A program made the translations under genes and the position numbers. The notes beneath the pieces are model-generated. The model was not told the origin of the DNA. It ran no database searches and saw nothing but the letters and a program-made list of their open reading frames with translations. 32,000 nucleotides of DNA, from the NCBI GenBank assembly GCA_965224465.1, contig OZ245049.1:2790001-2822000 (forward strand), given 5' to 3'. The stretch's first letter is position 1; each line of letters begins with the position of its first letter. Positions 1 through 13,655 of this stretch are shown here, piece after piece. Source of the DNA: Flavobacteriaceae bacterium (GTDB taxonomy: Bacteria; Bacteroidota; Bacteroidia; Flavobacteriales; Flavobacteriaceae).

Positions 1-722
1 GGAAAGAGCTCTAAACCACTTGAAGCATCCTTTAATAACTGTTTATACAACAGAAATTGCTCCTCGTATTTTAATAAATTTACATACGATTTATAGCTCC
101 GATCTTGCTTCACTGCGGTTCTCAACCCAGCTAAACTCTTCTCCGGAAGATCTACATTGACTACGATATTATTTTTTGGAAGCAATCTTAGTAATAAATA
201 CTTTTTCAGAGAAGCGGTCCGCAAGGTTGCGTATGCATTGTCTTCTGCCTTTTTAATCAAATCCAAGGCGCGTTCTTCTTGCTTGTTTTTTATATATAAA
301 AGAATCAAAGCATCTACCTGTTTGGGAGAAATAGCTACTATTTTCTCTCTAATATTAATGGCATCAGCATACCTGTATTGTTTTGTATATACATTTGCTA
401 AGTGATCTAAGACCCATTTATTTTCAGGCTCTTTAGTTAACAACAGTTGGGCAAAATATACGGCATCATCATAGGATAAAAGCAAGGCATGGACTTTAGA
501 CAATTCAAACAAAGTTCCCGACTCTATTGAATCTAACTGATGTGCTTTCTCAAAACTCTGCAAAGCTTTTTGATAATTTCCAATACCTTTTTCTTTCAAT
601 CCTGTAAAAAACAACTCGTGGAAATCCACGTATTTAGACGCTGCTAATTCTAACTGCCCATAGCCCGTTAATGTGATCATAAAACAGCACAGCGTAAGGG
701 CTAAAAATTTATTCCAATTCAT
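1..722 (-). CDS. Secreted TPR-like protein; only the N-terminal 240 aa are present because the 3' end runs off the left window edge
   Basis: My own minus-strand translation from the ATG at 722-720 is open all the way to position 1: MNWNKFLALTLCCFMITLTGYGQLELAASKYVDFHELFF...KGIGNYQKALQSFEKAHQLD.... It has an N-terminal signal peptide and helical repeat-like content. It is absent from the ORF track because no stop codon lies in the window. Confidence 0.6.
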   Translation of the reverse strand, partial: MNWNKFLALTLCCFMITLTGYGQLELAASKYVDFHELFFTGLKEKGIGNYQKALQSFEKAHQLDSIESGTLFELSKVHALLLSYDDAVYFAQLLLTKEPENKWVLDHLANVYTKQYRYADAINIREKIVAISPKQVDALILLYIKNKQEERALDLIKKAEDNAYATLRTASLKKYLLLRLLPKNNIVVNVDLPEKSLAGLRTAVKQDRSYKSYVNLLKYEEQFLLYKQLLKDASSGLELF

Positions 723-973
723 AAACCATGTTTTATTTGCAATATACAATTTATCAATTGACAACAACCTAATTATCACCTTGCTTTGCTTTTTTACAGA
801 TTCAAAAAACAACAAATCACCCACGCACTACGACAAAAAACAAACCTCGAACTGGAAGAAGTCACATTCTCGTGTTTTTTAACTATTTTTGTCGAAAATC
901 AAGAAACAGTACACCAACGTTTCTTTGATAAAACCATTGGCACATTTGCCTATAGATTAAAAAAATACGAGTT

Positions 974-2848
974 GTGAATTATCTTTCAGTAGAAAACATA
1001 TCCAAAGCATACGGCGAACTGAGTTTATTTAGTGATATTACGTTTGGGATTAACAAGGATCAAAAAATTGCATTTATTGCAAAAAATGGAGCAGGAAAAA
1101 CGTCCATGCTAAATATTATCACTGGAAAAGAAACCACAGATAGCGGTAGAATTGTCCTTAGAAAAGGAATTAAAATGTCCTATTTATCTCAAGTGGACAA
1201 TTTAGACGAGACCCATACCATAGAAGAGTCTATCTTTAATTCGGACAATGATGTATTAAAAATAATTGCTCAATATGAAAAAGCATTAGAAAACCCAGAA
1301 AATGAGGATGCCTATCAAAAGGCGTTCGATTTAATGGATCATCACAATGCTTGGGATTTTGAAACACAATACAAACAGATTCTTTTTAAATTAAAGCTTG
1401 AAGATTTTACAAAAAAAGTAGGGGAATTATCTGGAGGGCAACGAAAAAGACTCGCATTGGCTGTTTTACTAATTCACAAACCAGACATCCTAATCCTTGA
1501 CGAACCAACAAATCATTTAGATTTAGAAATGATTGAATGGTTGGAAGAGTACTTTAGAAAGGAAAAAATAACCATTTTAATGGTTACACACGATCGTTAT
1601 TTCCTAGAACGTGTCTGTACAGAAATTATTGAACTAGACAATGGAAAACTATACACTTACAAGGGGAATTACTCTTATTATTTAGAGAAAAAAGACGAAC
1701 GTTTGGCTGCTGAGCAAGCTTCTGTTGACAAGGCGAAAAACCTTTTTAAAACAGAGTTGAATTGGATGCGTAGACAACCAAAAGCACGTACTACCAAATC
1801 CAAATCTAGGGTTGATGATTTTTACAAAATAAAGGAAGCCGCTCACCAACGTAGAGACGAACATAAAGTACAGCTAGAAATAGAAATGCACCGAATGGGG
1901 AGCAAGATTATGGAATTGCATAAAATTTCAAAATCGTTTGGAGATTTGGCAATTTTAGATCAATTTGAATATGTTTTCCAACGTGGAGAACGCATCGGAA
2001 TTATCGGAAAAAACGGAACAGGAAAATCTTCTTTCTTAAATATATTGAACGGAGATATCCCTTTAGACTCTGGAGAAGTTGTGGTTGGTGAAACTATCAA
2101 AATCGGCTATTACACCCAAGATGGAATTAAAGTAAAACCGGGTCAGAAAGTAATAGAAGTAATTCGTGAATTTGGAGAATACATCCCCTTGACCAAAGGA
2201 AGAAAAATTTCGGCAGCCCAATTACTAGAACGCTTTTTGTTCAGTCGTAAAAGGCAGTACGATTTTGTAGAAAAACTAAGTGGAGGAGAGCGCAAACGAC
2301 TGTATCTCTGTACCGTATTGATACAAAATCCCAATTTCCTGATTTTAGATGAGCCTACAAACGATTTAGACATTGTTACTTTAAATGTACTAGAAAGCTT
2401 TTTACTAGATTTCCCAGGCTGTTTATTAGTGGTCTCTCACGACCGTTATTTTATGGATAAAATTGTAGACCATTTATTTGTTTTTAGAGGAGACGCAGTA
2501 ATCGAAGATTTCCCTGGAAACTATTCTGATTACAGAATATATGAAGATTCTAAAGACGTAGTTCAAATAGAAGAAACTGGAAAGAAAAAATTACAAACTT
2601 CTGTGATTTCAGCACCCACAAAAAAAGGAGTGTTGACATATAAAGAGAAAACAGAATTTACCAATATTGAAAAAGATATTGAAAAATTAAACCTAGAGAA
2701 GAAACGTATAGAAACTGAATTCTCTACAGGAAACATAGAAGGCGAAGCAGTCACAGCACTTTCTAAGGAATTACAATCCATTATCGATCAAATAGACCAA
2801 AAAGAAGAACGCTGGTTTGAATTATCTGCAAAACTGGAAGGCGAATAG
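974..2848 (+). CDS. ABC-F family ATPase (Uup/EttA-like; two ABC domains, no transmembrane domain)
   Basis: Two Walker A motifs (AKNGAGKTS, GKNGTGKSS). Two ABC signatures (LSGGQRKR, LSGGERKR). Two Walker B motifs (ILILDEPTNHLD, FLILDEPTNDLD). Charged inter-domain linker and C-terminal coiled-coil tail. GTG start. Confidence 0.9.
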   Translation: MNYLSVENISKAYGELSLFSDITFGINKDQKIAFIAKNGAGKTSMLNIITGKETTDSGRIVLRKGIKMSYLSQVDNLDETHTIEESIFNSDNDVLKIIAQYEKALENPENEDAYQKAFDLMDHHNAWDFETQYKQILFKLKLEDFTKKVGELSGGQRKRLALAVLLIHKPDILILDEPTNHLDLEMIEWLEEYFRKEKITILMVTHDRYFLERVCTEIIELDNGKLYTYKGNYSYYLEKKDERLAAEQASVDKAKNLFKTELNWMRRQPKARTTKSKSRVDDFYKIKEAAHQRRDEHKVQLEIEMHRMGSKIMELHKISKSFGDLAILDQFEYVFQRGERIGIIGKNGTGKSSFLNILNGDIPLDSGEVVVGETIKIGYYTQDGIKVKPGQKVIEVIREFGEYIPLTKGRKISAAQLLERFLFSRKRQYDFVEKLSGGERKRLYLCTVLIQNPNFLILDEPTNDLDIVTLNVLESFLLDFPGCLLVVSHDRYFMDKIVDHLFVFRGDAVIEDFPGNYSDYRIYEDSKDVVQIEETGKKKLQTSVISAPTKKGVLTYKEKTEFTNIEKDIEKLNLEKKRIETEFSTGNIEGEAVTALSKELQSIIDQIDQKEERWFELSAKLEGE

Positions 2849-2870
2849 TCGTAAAAAAACCTATATCACA

Positions 2871-2903
2871 AAAAAGAGAGGCTTAAAACCTCTCTTTTTT
2901 TTT
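2871..2903. terminator. Rho-independent terminator hairpin shared by convergent genes
   Basis: AGAGAGG (2875-2881) pairs with CCTCTCT (2889-2895) around a 7-nt loop. An A-run lies on the left and a T-run on the right, so it can work in both directions between the convergent ABC-F and lipoprotein genes. Confidence 0.65.
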
Positions 2904-2968
2904 GCTTTTTTATCCAAAACAGCCTAGAAAAACCCTACACACTTTTTTAGATACAATATTTAATTTTA

Positions 2969-4369
2969 CTACTGTTTTTCCAGTATCAACTCAGCGGCAT
3001 TCACCACCGAATTCGCTACAATTTCAAGGGCAATTCTCCCATCTATCATTGTTACAAAACTCCAATTATTATTAAGTATATTCACAGGTTTTTGGGTCCC
3101 AAAAGAAAGCTGCAAACCCAATGTATTCGAATCTTCATACACCTCCCAATCACCTTTTATAGTACCTGTATCATTGGTAGCACTTAATGTTCCGTCACTA
3201 TTAAAATTGAATTCATAGCCTTGGTACATTTCTGTTTGATCGGCATTCCCAACACGGTGTTTTGCCACCATCCAATCACCCTCTTTAAGTTCCTCTATAA
3301 GCTTCGCTTTAGAAACAATACACTTTTTTCTTAATTTAAGACGATTTTCACCCTGTCTAAAATCAAACCGACCGTCATCTTCCATTTCGTACAAACGCCA
3401 AGTAACATTAAACTTCGGTAATTCAGGAACTATCATTGTTAAAAATATCCCTGCATCCGTAGTATCAATCTTCCATGCAGCAATATGTTCTTCACCATTC
3501 CCAACAATTGTAAGCTTTCCGTTTTCAAAAAAGTTTAAAACAACACCCGTATAACTCTCTGCAAAATCTTGATTATTCACCTTCAATTTATCAATTTTCA
3601 AGGGGCAAGCAAACAGCATTTCTAACAATTCCTCTTGGGTACAATCCTCACAATCATCATCGTCATAATCAAAATCATCATCTTCATCACACTGTCCATC
3701 TGACGCTTCAATTATCAAGCCTAGAGCAAGCATGTTTTTGACCACAACTTCAGTCCCATCATGTAATACAACACGTATTGGGAAATTAATTGTCGCCACG
3801 TGATAAGCTTCCATATTTTCTATAAATTGATAAAAACGCTTGTCGTCTTCAATGGAAACTGTATTTAATAATTGACGCGCACTATCATACACAGAAATGG
3901 CAATCGGATACACAAAATCCAAGCATTCTATATCATCATCTAGCGCATTCTCTTCCCCACATTTGTCAGTATATTTCTCCAGTTCGTCCGTATTATTAAT
4001 TACAAACTCATCATAATTACTCGTGATGATAGTTATAGGGAAAATAATTTCCAGTACATCTTCATCAAAATCTACTTTATCAAAAACAGCCTCGATGGTC
4101 TCAAAACCAGCAGCATCAACTATTGTGATTTTCAATCCATTTACAATTACAGAAACGGGTAATTGTACTTCCAAGCAACTTGCGCCATCAATAATATTAT
4201 CGGTAGAACCATCTTTCATGGCGGTTTTTTGAATAAGAGACGCTATTTTTGAAGCTACTTTTAAACTCGTTTCATTTGTTGGCTCAGTAATCTCATCAAT
4301 CTCCTTTTGACAGGACATGACAACAACTACAAAAAAGAAAGCCATTGCTATTCTAACTACGTATTTCAT
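2969..4369 (-). CDS. Hypothetical lipoprotein with an internal poly-acidic segment
   Basis: 466-aa ORF. Signal peptide ends in a Cys (MKYVVRIAMAFFFVVVVMSC). Asp/Glu/Cys-rich stretch QCDEDDDFDYDDDDCEDC. I do not recognise a family. Confidence 0.7.
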   Translation of the reverse strand: MKYVVRIAMAFFFVVVVMSCQKEIDEITEPTNETSLKVASKIASLIQKTAMKDGSTDNIIDGASCLEVQLPVSVIVNGLKITIVDAAGFETIEAVFDKVDFDEDVLEIIFPITIITSNYDEFVINNTDELEKYTDKCGEENALDDDIECLDFVYPIAISVYDSARQLLNTVSIEDDKRFYQFIENMEAYHVATINFPIRVVLHDGTEVVVKNMLALGLIIEASDGQCDEDDDFDYDDDDCEDCTQEELLEMLFACPLKIDKLKVNNQDFAESYTGVVLNFFENGKLTIVGNGEEHIAAWKIDTTDAGIFLTMIVPELPKFNVTWRLYEMEDDGRFDFRQGENRLKLRKKCIVSKAKLIEELKEGDWMVAKHRVGNADQTEMYQGYEFNFNSDGTLSATNDTGTIKGDWEVYEDSNTLGLQLSFGTQKPVNILNNNWSFVTMIDGRIALEIVANSVVNAAELILEKQ

Positions 4370-4476
4370 CCTACTATTTTATGTGGGTTCAAATATAGAA
4401 CAGTAAAATTTACTTTTACCCTACCTCCAAACTAAAAATAAATGCCTTACTTTGTATTTCTCTTATAAGCCCCAAT

Positions 4477-4992
4477 ATGAGTTCAAAAGAAATTTTACAT
4501 TTTTGCGACGAAAAGATATTCTCTTCGTTTTTTACCAAGCACATTTCTACACTCCATAGTTTTGTGTATTACAAATGTGGAAACCAAGCTTTGGCGAGTG
4601 ACATCTCACAAGAAGCATTTGTTAAATTCTGGGAAAACTGCAGCAAGATTATACCGAGCAAAGCCAAATCATATTTATTTACAATTGCCAATAATCTTTT
4701 TTTAAATGAGTATGCCAAACAAAAAGTACGATTGAAATTTGAAAAAATCCCACAATCAACAAGCACACTAGAATCACCTGAGTTTTTATTAGAAGTAGCA
4801 GAATTTGATCAGAAATTACAAACTGCGTTGAACAAGCTAACCGAGGCACAGCGGGTCGCATTTTTACTGCACAGAATAGACGGAAAAAGCTATAAAGAAA
4901 TTGCAGCGTTCTTAGAAATATCGGTAAAAGCGGTAGAGAAAAGGATTCACAAAGCCTTAAAATCACTGCGAGAACAAATAGACGAACTATAA
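4477..4992 (+). CDS. ECF-type RNA polymerase sigma-70 factor
   Basis: 171 aa. The region-4 HTH is typical of ECF sigmas (EAQRVAFLLHRIDGKSYKEIAAFLEISVKAVEKRIHKAL). A FecR-type gene follows directly. Confidence 0.85.
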   Translation: MSSKEILHFCDEKIFSSFFTKHISTLHSFVYYKCGNQALASDISQEAFVKFWENCSKIIPSKAKSYLFTIANNLFLNEYAKQKVRLKFEKIPQSTSTLESPEFLLEVAEFDQKLQTALNKLTEAQRVAFLLHRIDGKSYKEIAAFLEISVKAVEKRIHKALKSLREQIDEL

Positions 4993-5053
4993 AATTATCA
5001 CATAAGGTAGGGTAAAAGTACTTACAGATGTTATACGTATACAGCAACACAAA

Positions 5054-5947
5054 ATGGACAACGATTATTACTTAGCGAAATGGATGGACGGAACACTCAG
5101 TGAAGCCGAACTCCTAAAGTATGTGAGCAGCAAAGAAATTGCTTCCTACAAGCGTATTATTGCACATACAGATCAGTATAAAAAACCTGCTTTAAACAGT
5201 GCTGAAATACTTAAAAAAGTATTGAAAAAATCAAAGAAACCAAGCCTTTACAAAAAGCGTTCATTCGCTGTATTTTATCGTGTTGCTGCCTTATTGATTT
5301 TAAGTATTTCTGTGTATTATTTTACGCGAACAACAAGCACAACTTTCCGTATAAAGACTGAAAGAAAATTAGCATTTGTACTCCCCGATCAATCATCTGT
5401 AAAACTGAATGCAAAAAGTGAAGTAACCTATGATAAAAACAACTGGAAAAATCATCGCGACATACATTTAAAAGGCGAGGCCTATTTTAAGGTTACAAAA
5501 GGATCTAAATTTAATGTTCAAACCCCTTCAGGAACAGTTACCGTATTGGGAACTAAATTTAATGTACTCGCGAGAGAACATCGTTTTGAAGTCACCTGTT
5601 TTGAGGGTTTGGTAGCCGTCATATACCAAAACAAAAAATACTTAGTTCCTGCAAAAAACAGTTTTAAAATAGTCAAAGACCTTCCTGTTTTAACCTCAAA
5701 CATCACAAATAAAACCCCCTATTGGACAGAGAATAAATCACATTTTAAAAGTCGTCCATTCCACCTTGTAATAGCAGCGTTTGAACGTCAATACCATTTA
5801 GAAATATCCTACCCCAACAGTTTAAAAAACAAACTTTACACAGGAGAATTCCCTCATAACAACAAACAACAAGCACTCAATGCCATTGCTTTACCGTTTA
5901 ATTTATCAATCACACATAAAAAACAACAGGTGATATTGAGCAAGTAA
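5054..5947 (+). CDS. FecR-family anti-sigma factor / transmembrane sensor
   Basis: 297 aa. One central TM helix (FAVFYRVAALLILSISVYYF). FecR-like periplasmic segment (KGEAYFKVTKGSKFNVQTPSGTVTVLGTKFNV). The stop overlaps the next start (TAATG at 5945-5949). Confidence 0.8.
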   Translation: MDNDYYLAKWMDGTLSEAELLKYVSSKEIASYKRIIAHTDQYKKPALNSAEILKKVLKKSKKPSLYKKRSFAVFYRVAALLILSISVYYFTRTTSTTFRIKTERKLAFVLPDQSSVKLNAKSEVTYDKNNWKNHRDIHLKGEAYFKVTKGSKFNVQTPSGTVTVLGTKFNVLAREHRFEVTCFEGLVAVIYQNKKYLVPAKNSFKIVKDLPVLTSNITNKTPYWTENKSHFKSRPFHLVIAAFERQYHLEISYPNSLKNKLYTGEFPHNNKQQALNAIALPFNLSITHKKQQVILSK

Positions 5948-8499
5948 TGATATTTTTGAACTTTAGAAAACATCTATTTTTTACCTTCTTTTTTACGTTG
6001 TTTTGGATGCAAACCCAAGGACAAATTAATAAAGAAAAACCACTTGTTGCAGTTTTAAATACACTAACCATAAAATTTAATATTAGTTTCACCTATTCCG
6101 ATGCACTGATCCTTCCAATCCAAATACAGATGCCTTCTACAATGCACACCTTGGAACAGTACCTTGTATTCTTACGACAACACACAAGATTGGATTTTAA
6201 AAAAGTATCCAATTCCAATATTGCCATTCTTAAAAAAACAGCTCCTTCCCCACTCTGTGGCTACTTAATTAATGTACAAAATTCCAACGTTGTTACAGGC
6301 GCTCATATTCGCATTTTAAACCACACTATAACGGCAATTTCTGACGAAACTGGCTTTTTCTCCCTGCCTCCTATGCCTCAAAATGAAGTGATAGAAATTA
6401 GTCATATTTCCTATCCTACCATCTATTTGAACGCGACCGATTTTAAAAAAAGTAATTCCTGTTTTAAAATCTACCTCAACACAAAAACAGAAGTCCTCCA
6501 TAAAGTTGTCATCAATGCGATTCTAACCAAGGGAATTGAATGGACAAAGAACAACACTTTAAACATAGTTCCAGAGAAGCTAGGTGTATTACCCGGACTA
6601 ATAGAACCCGACATCTTACACCTAATTCAGCTACTCCCTGGAATACAAAGTGTAAATGAAACCATCAGTAATATAAACATAAGAGGAGGTTCTAATGATC
6701 AAAACTTAATGCTTTGGAACGGAATTAAAATGTATCATACAGGGCACTTTTTTGGGCTTATTTCTGCGTTCAATCCCTATTTAACAAAAAATGTAACTGT
6801 GGTAAAAAACGGAGTCGGTGCTCAATATGGTGATGCCGTTTCTGGACTTGTTGCAATACAAACACAAGACAAAATCAAGAAATCCACCTACGGAGGTCTC
6901 GGCATAAACCTACTCAATGTAGATGCGTATGTACACCTGCCGTTTTCAAACAGATTCGCCTTGCAATTATCAGGAAGAAGATCCATTACAGACATCTTAC
7001 AAACACCCACTTTTGACACGTATTTTAAACGCGCATTTCACGATTCAAAAATTACCAATAACACCGTTTATGCCCACAGTAAATTAAGAACAAATGCAAA
7101 TTTTAGCTTCTATGATTTTAGCGGAAAACTACTCTACGACATCAATAAAACACATCGATTTAGACTGAGTGGATTGCAAGTATCAAATCGACTTAAATAC
7201 CAAGAGACAATTATCAGCGAGCAATACGCAGAGCAAAAAGAAAGCCAATTAAGACAAGAAAACAGGGCGATTGGAGCTGAATTAAAAAGCAATTGGTCCG
7301 AAAAATTCTCCACAAGAATACATGCTTATATAAGTAACTACACCATCAAAGCTTCTAATTACACCCTACTTACAGAACAGCGTTTGCTTCAGGAAAACGA
7401 AGTCTTAGAAACCGTGTTTACCCTACAAGGAAAACTCCATTTAAACAAACACACAACGCTACTCACTGGTTATGATTTCTCAGAAATAGGGATTACAAAT
7501 TATGATGATGTAAACGAGCCTGTATATGTGAGAACTATAAAACATGTGATTAGAAACCATGCTGTTTACTGTCAATTTAAATACGCTTCTAAAGATGATA
7601 AACTCCACGGAAAAGCAGGATTTAGGCTGAATTACATCGAAAAGTTTACAGATTTCAAACTAGAACCTAGACTAAACATTCACTATCAATTAAATCCCCG
7701 CATTACTATCTATAGCGCAGGCGAACTTAGAAGTCAGTTTTCTACACAAACCATAGATTTACAAAAAGACTTCCTAGGGGTAGAAAAACGTCGCTGGGTT
7801 TTAACCGAAGAGCAAGAAGTTCCATTGTTAAAAAGCAGACAAATTTCGACAGGAATTACCTATAAAAAGCAACGTTTTTTAACTTCCATAGAAGGATTCT
7901 ACAAAAAAGTAACAGACATCACGGCGTCTAATCAAGGGTTTCAGAATCAAAATCAATATATAAAAGCCATTGGAAATTATACTGCAAAAGGCTTGGAAGT
8001 ATTTAGTCAGTACACGTTCCCCAGTATAAACACATGGATTAGCTATACGTATCTTAAAAACGATTATACCTTTAAAACATTTTTACCACCAAATTTCCCG
8101 AACAATATAGATGTAAGACATGCCCTGTTTATAGGAAGCACTATAGACATTCAACGGTTTAAAATTGGTATCGGACTGCAATGGAGAACAGGAAAACCGT
8201 ATACAAAACCAACCGAAATCAACCCCGTTTCTACAACTACCTTAGTACCGAGCATCAATTACCAAACCGCAAATAGCGCTAGATTGCCCAATTATATGAG
8301 AACTGACATCTCCTGTATGTACGACTTTAAAATTTCGAAAAGTGTAAACGGCCATATCGCTGTATCCATACTCAATACATTGAATCAACACAACATTCTC
8401 AATCAATATTACCAATTAAATAGCGAGCACACTATTATCACTATAAAAGATCCTGCCATTAAAAGCACTCCAAACATAAGTCTGAGACTCTTATTTTAA
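5947..8499 (+). CDS. TonB-dependent receptor / transducer with an N-terminal signalling extension
   Basis: 850 aa with a signal peptide and an STN-like N-terminal segment. Carboxypeptidase-regulatory-like segment (CGYLINVQNSNVVTGAHIRILNHTITAISDETGFFSLPP). Plug motif (NINIRGGSNDQNLMLWNGIKMY). C-terminal beta-barrel ending in Phe (ISLRLLF). Confidence 0.85.
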   Translation: MIFLNFRKHLFFTFFFTLFWMQTQGQINKEKPLVAVLNTLTIKFNISFTYSDALILPIQIQMPSTMHTLEQYLVFLRQHTRLDFKKVSNSNIAILKKTAPSPLCGYLINVQNSNVVTGAHIRILNHTITAISDETGFFSLPPMPQNEVIEISHISYPTIYLNATDFKKSNSCFKIYLNTKTEVLHKVVINAILTKGIEWTKNNTLNIVPEKLGVLPGLIEPDILHLIQLLPGIQSVNETISNINIRGGSNDQNLMLWNGIKMYHTGHFFGLISAFNPYLTKNVTVVKNGVGAQYGDAVSGLVAIQTQDKIKKSTYGGLGINLLNVDAYVHLPFSNRFALQLSGRRSITDILQTPTFDTYFKRAFHDSKITNNTVYAHSKLRTNANFSFYDFSGKLLYDINKTHRFRLSGLQVSNRLKYQETIISEQYAEQKESQLRQENRAIGAELKSNWSEKFSTRIHAYISNYTIKASNYTLLTEQRLLQENEVLETVFTLQGKLHLNKHTTLLTGYDFSEIGITNYDDVNEPVYVRTIKHVIRNHAVYCQFKYASKDDKLHGKAGFRLNYIEKFTDFKLEPRLNIHYQLNPRITIYSAGELRSQFSTQTIDLQKDFLGVEKRRWVLTEEQEVPLLKSRQISTGITYKKQRFLTSIEGFYKKVTDITASNQGFQNQNQYIKAIGNYTAKGLEVFSQYTFPSINTWISYTYLKNDYTFKTFLPPNFPNNIDVRHALFIGSTIDIQRFKIGIGLQWRTGKPYTKPTEINPVSTTTLVPSINYQTANSARLPNYMRTDISCMYDFKISKSVNGHIAVSILNTLNQHNILNQYYQLNSEHTIITIKDPAIKSTPNISLRLLF

Positions 8500-8683
8500 A
8501 AGGTTTTAATTAATTGTATATATGAACCGAAAACCTCACCCCAATAACAAGGAAATACTTCCGAAAGACTATTTTCTATATCGAGACAGAGCCTAGGGGA
8601 ATTAAACCCTCCATAAGGAATTAAAAAAATCACCCTTACGTTACTTTTTGAATGATAAAAACCACAATTAAGTGTAATTTTAA

Positions 8684-11914
<3,231 letters not shown>

Positions 11915-12000
11915 TTGGTTTTTAAAACTCATTTTAGATTCGTTGTCCTTCGGTTTCTATATATAGGACTTGGGATCTAAACTTTGAAAAGTTAAAATTA

Positions 12001-12040
12001 AAGAAAGCCTGATATTTAATAAATATCAGGCTTTCTTTTT
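12001..12040 (+). terminator. Strong Rho-independent terminator downstream of lacZ
   Basis: Perfect 17-bp stem: AAGAAAGCCTGATATTT (12001-12017) pairs with AAATATCAGGCTTTCTT (12021-12037). 3-nt loop, then a T-run. It marks the core/accessory boundary. Confidence 0.8.
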
Positions 12041-12068
12041 GATTACAACCTAGCACCAAACGTCTTTT

Positions 12069-12228
12069 ATACCAAACACATTTTTCAAGTGACGGTTTAG
12101 AAATGGAATTGTTTTTTGTTTTAGCTACGCGATAAATGGAAGGATAGCCTTACTATCATTCAGTTTTTTAACAACACTAGAACGAAAAATAAACGATTTA
12201 TATCGGTCATTTTGGATTGTAACTATAC
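12069..12228 (+). mobile_element. MITE-like 160-bp element, copy 1
   Basis: About 85 percent identical by eye to the reverse complement of 18296-18455. It starts ATACCAAACACATTT. It contains the internal inverted repeat GTT(T/C)TAGC...GCTAGAAC. Its right end is degenerate. Confidence 0.5.
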
Positions 12229-12255
12229 ATACGGCATATAAAACATGTTGGAATA

Positions 12256-12365
12256 CGCCTCTCTTAAAACAACAGGAAATCATACTAAAACCATCGAACT
12301 AAATAACAATAAAAATCGATGGACCGCTTGAAAATTTAAAAATTTTGAATACATTTAACAATAAA
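12256..12365 (+). pseudogene. Remnant of a tyrosine recombinase 3' end (degenerate copy)
   Basis: Reads ASLKTTGNHTKTIELNNNKN, then frameshifts. At the nucleotide level it is homologous to 13532-13655 (shared GGACCGCTTGAAAATTTAAAAA(T)TTTGAATACATTTAACAATAAAA). Confidence 0.45.
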
Positions 12366-12476
12366 ACAACACATACCCCGAAACTATTATAGACATAACG
12401 GAAATAACGTCAAGTCTTGGAAGTTTTTTGATGATATGTGGGTGTTAGCAATAAGCAAAGCAACCAAACTAGAATA

Positions 12477-12785
12477 ATGGATACTGGAGATTTATCAGAA
12501 GAGGCATATCGAGCAATATTAATAGAGTCGGAAAGATTTAATCACGATTTGACTTTACAATTTGGACTTCTTTCAGGAGAGTGTAAAAACGAAAAGGAAT
12601 TCATTGAAAAATCAGTCAAGCTTATAAACGAAATGAAAAACTATAATAATATCGACCTTGATGATATGTTTTTTGGAAATCCACCAAAAACAAAAGACTT
12701 TCAAATGACTTTAAAAAAGATACTTGATAATATTGACGATATTGGAGCTATTCCAATTGAAAAAAGGACTTATTTATATGGATAA
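12477..12785 (+). CDS. Hypothetical small protein (102 aa from the first ATG)
   Basis: ORF with an ATG at 12477 (MDTGDLSEEAYRAILIESERF...). Its stop overlaps the next ATG (ATGGATAA at 12778-12785), suggesting translational coupling. No recognisable motif. Confidence 0.45.
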   Translation: MDTGDLSEEAYRAILIESERFNHDLTLQFGLLSGECKNEKEFIEKSVKLINEMKNYNNIDLDDMFFGNPPKTKDFQMTLKKILDNIDDIGAIPIEKRTYLYG

Positions 12786-13281
12786 AACAATTATTAAAGA
12801 ACTAGAAAATAAGTTAGTAGAGATGAATGGAATGTTTTGTTCTCAAAAACTAGATGATGATTATTTTCAATTGCCTGAGAAATTAATAAAAAAAACGGGA
12901 AACAAAAGAGATGTGCCGTCTAAAAGAGGGAAACTTGAAATTTGGGCTGCGGCAATAATATATACAATTGGTTCGATTAATTTTCTTTTTGATGAATCCT
13001 TTGATCCTTATATTACAGCACAAGAGATAAGTGATTATTTTGGAACAAAAAATTCAACAGTATCAAATAAAGCTGGATAAATAAGAAAAATATTTGATTT
13101 GACAATGTTTGATAATGAATTTGCAACTGAACGTATGAATGAAACAAATCCGTTTAATGATTTAGTAATGGTTGACGGACTAATAGTTTCACTGTCTTCA
13201 ATTCCTGAAAATTTACAAGAATTGGTAAAAAAGGAAAGGGAGGAAGGACGAGATATCGAATTTACAACTGAAAGAGAATAA
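12778..13281 (+). pseudogene. Hypothetical protein split by a single in-frame TAA (13078-13080)
   Basis: ORFs 12724-13080 and 13099-13281 are in the same frame. The 18 nt between them contain no stop: ...STVSNKAG*IRKIFDLTMFDNEFATERMNE.... A 167-codon frame is therefore broken by one nonsense codon. Confidence 0.55.
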
Positions 13282-13298
13282 ACCCTATTCCTAATCGA

Positions 13299-13520
13299 GT
13301 AGACGGCTCCAACTAAAATAGTAGGAGTGCGCCTCTCACACCATGTACATACTAGAGCTTCGCTCGGTCATTTCTAATTATAAGTGTAAAAACACTTCTA
13401 ATTCTCATGAAGCTACACCGCGGTTCAAAAAATTGAAGTTTGCGTATTATTAATGGTTTCTATCAACCGTTTGTATCCTTTTCGTACAAGTCTAGATTTG
13501 GGTTTGGTAGTTTTTAAAAT
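13299..13520 (-). mobile_element. Group II intron 3' fragment (C-terminal IEP codons plus domain V/VI region)
   Basis: Homologous to 17741-17967 of the full intron copy. It encodes ...SILKTTKPKSRLVRKGYKRLIETINNTQTSIF* on the minus strand. It ends ...GTCTAC on the minus strand at 13299. Homology stops abruptly at 13520. Confidence 0.7.
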
Positions 13521-13655
13521 TGATTTTTTTCTTATTAAGCCATGCTTCTCCAAAAACCACAGAGATATACACCAAGACCATCGAAATAAACAATAAAAAA
13601 AATGTTGGACCGCTTGAAAATTTAAAAAATTTGAATACATTTAACAATAAAAAAA
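13521..13655 (+). pseudogene. Remnant of a tyrosine recombinase 3' end (better-preserved copy)
   Basis: Reads LLSHASPKTTEIYTKTIEINNKKNVGPLENLKNL. The H-x-S-x-K-T-T-E-I-Y-T pattern is the C-terminal catalytic-Tyr box of tyrosine recombinases. No upstream catalytic region remains; an intron fragment replaces it. Confidence 0.55.

Noticed and set aside
157-977. Plus-strand ORFs 157-405, 673-882 and 786-977
   Set aside because: The first is a shadow of the longer open minus-strand frame (1-722). The other two span the divergent intergenic region and are low-complexity with no motifs.
3640-3700. GAT/GAC-rich tract encoding DEDDDFDYDDDDCEDC as a possible repeat or contingency locus
   Set aside because: It is not a perfect simple-sequence repeat. 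It is in frame within a lipoprotein and reads as an acidic linker or metal-binding segment rather than a slippage tract.
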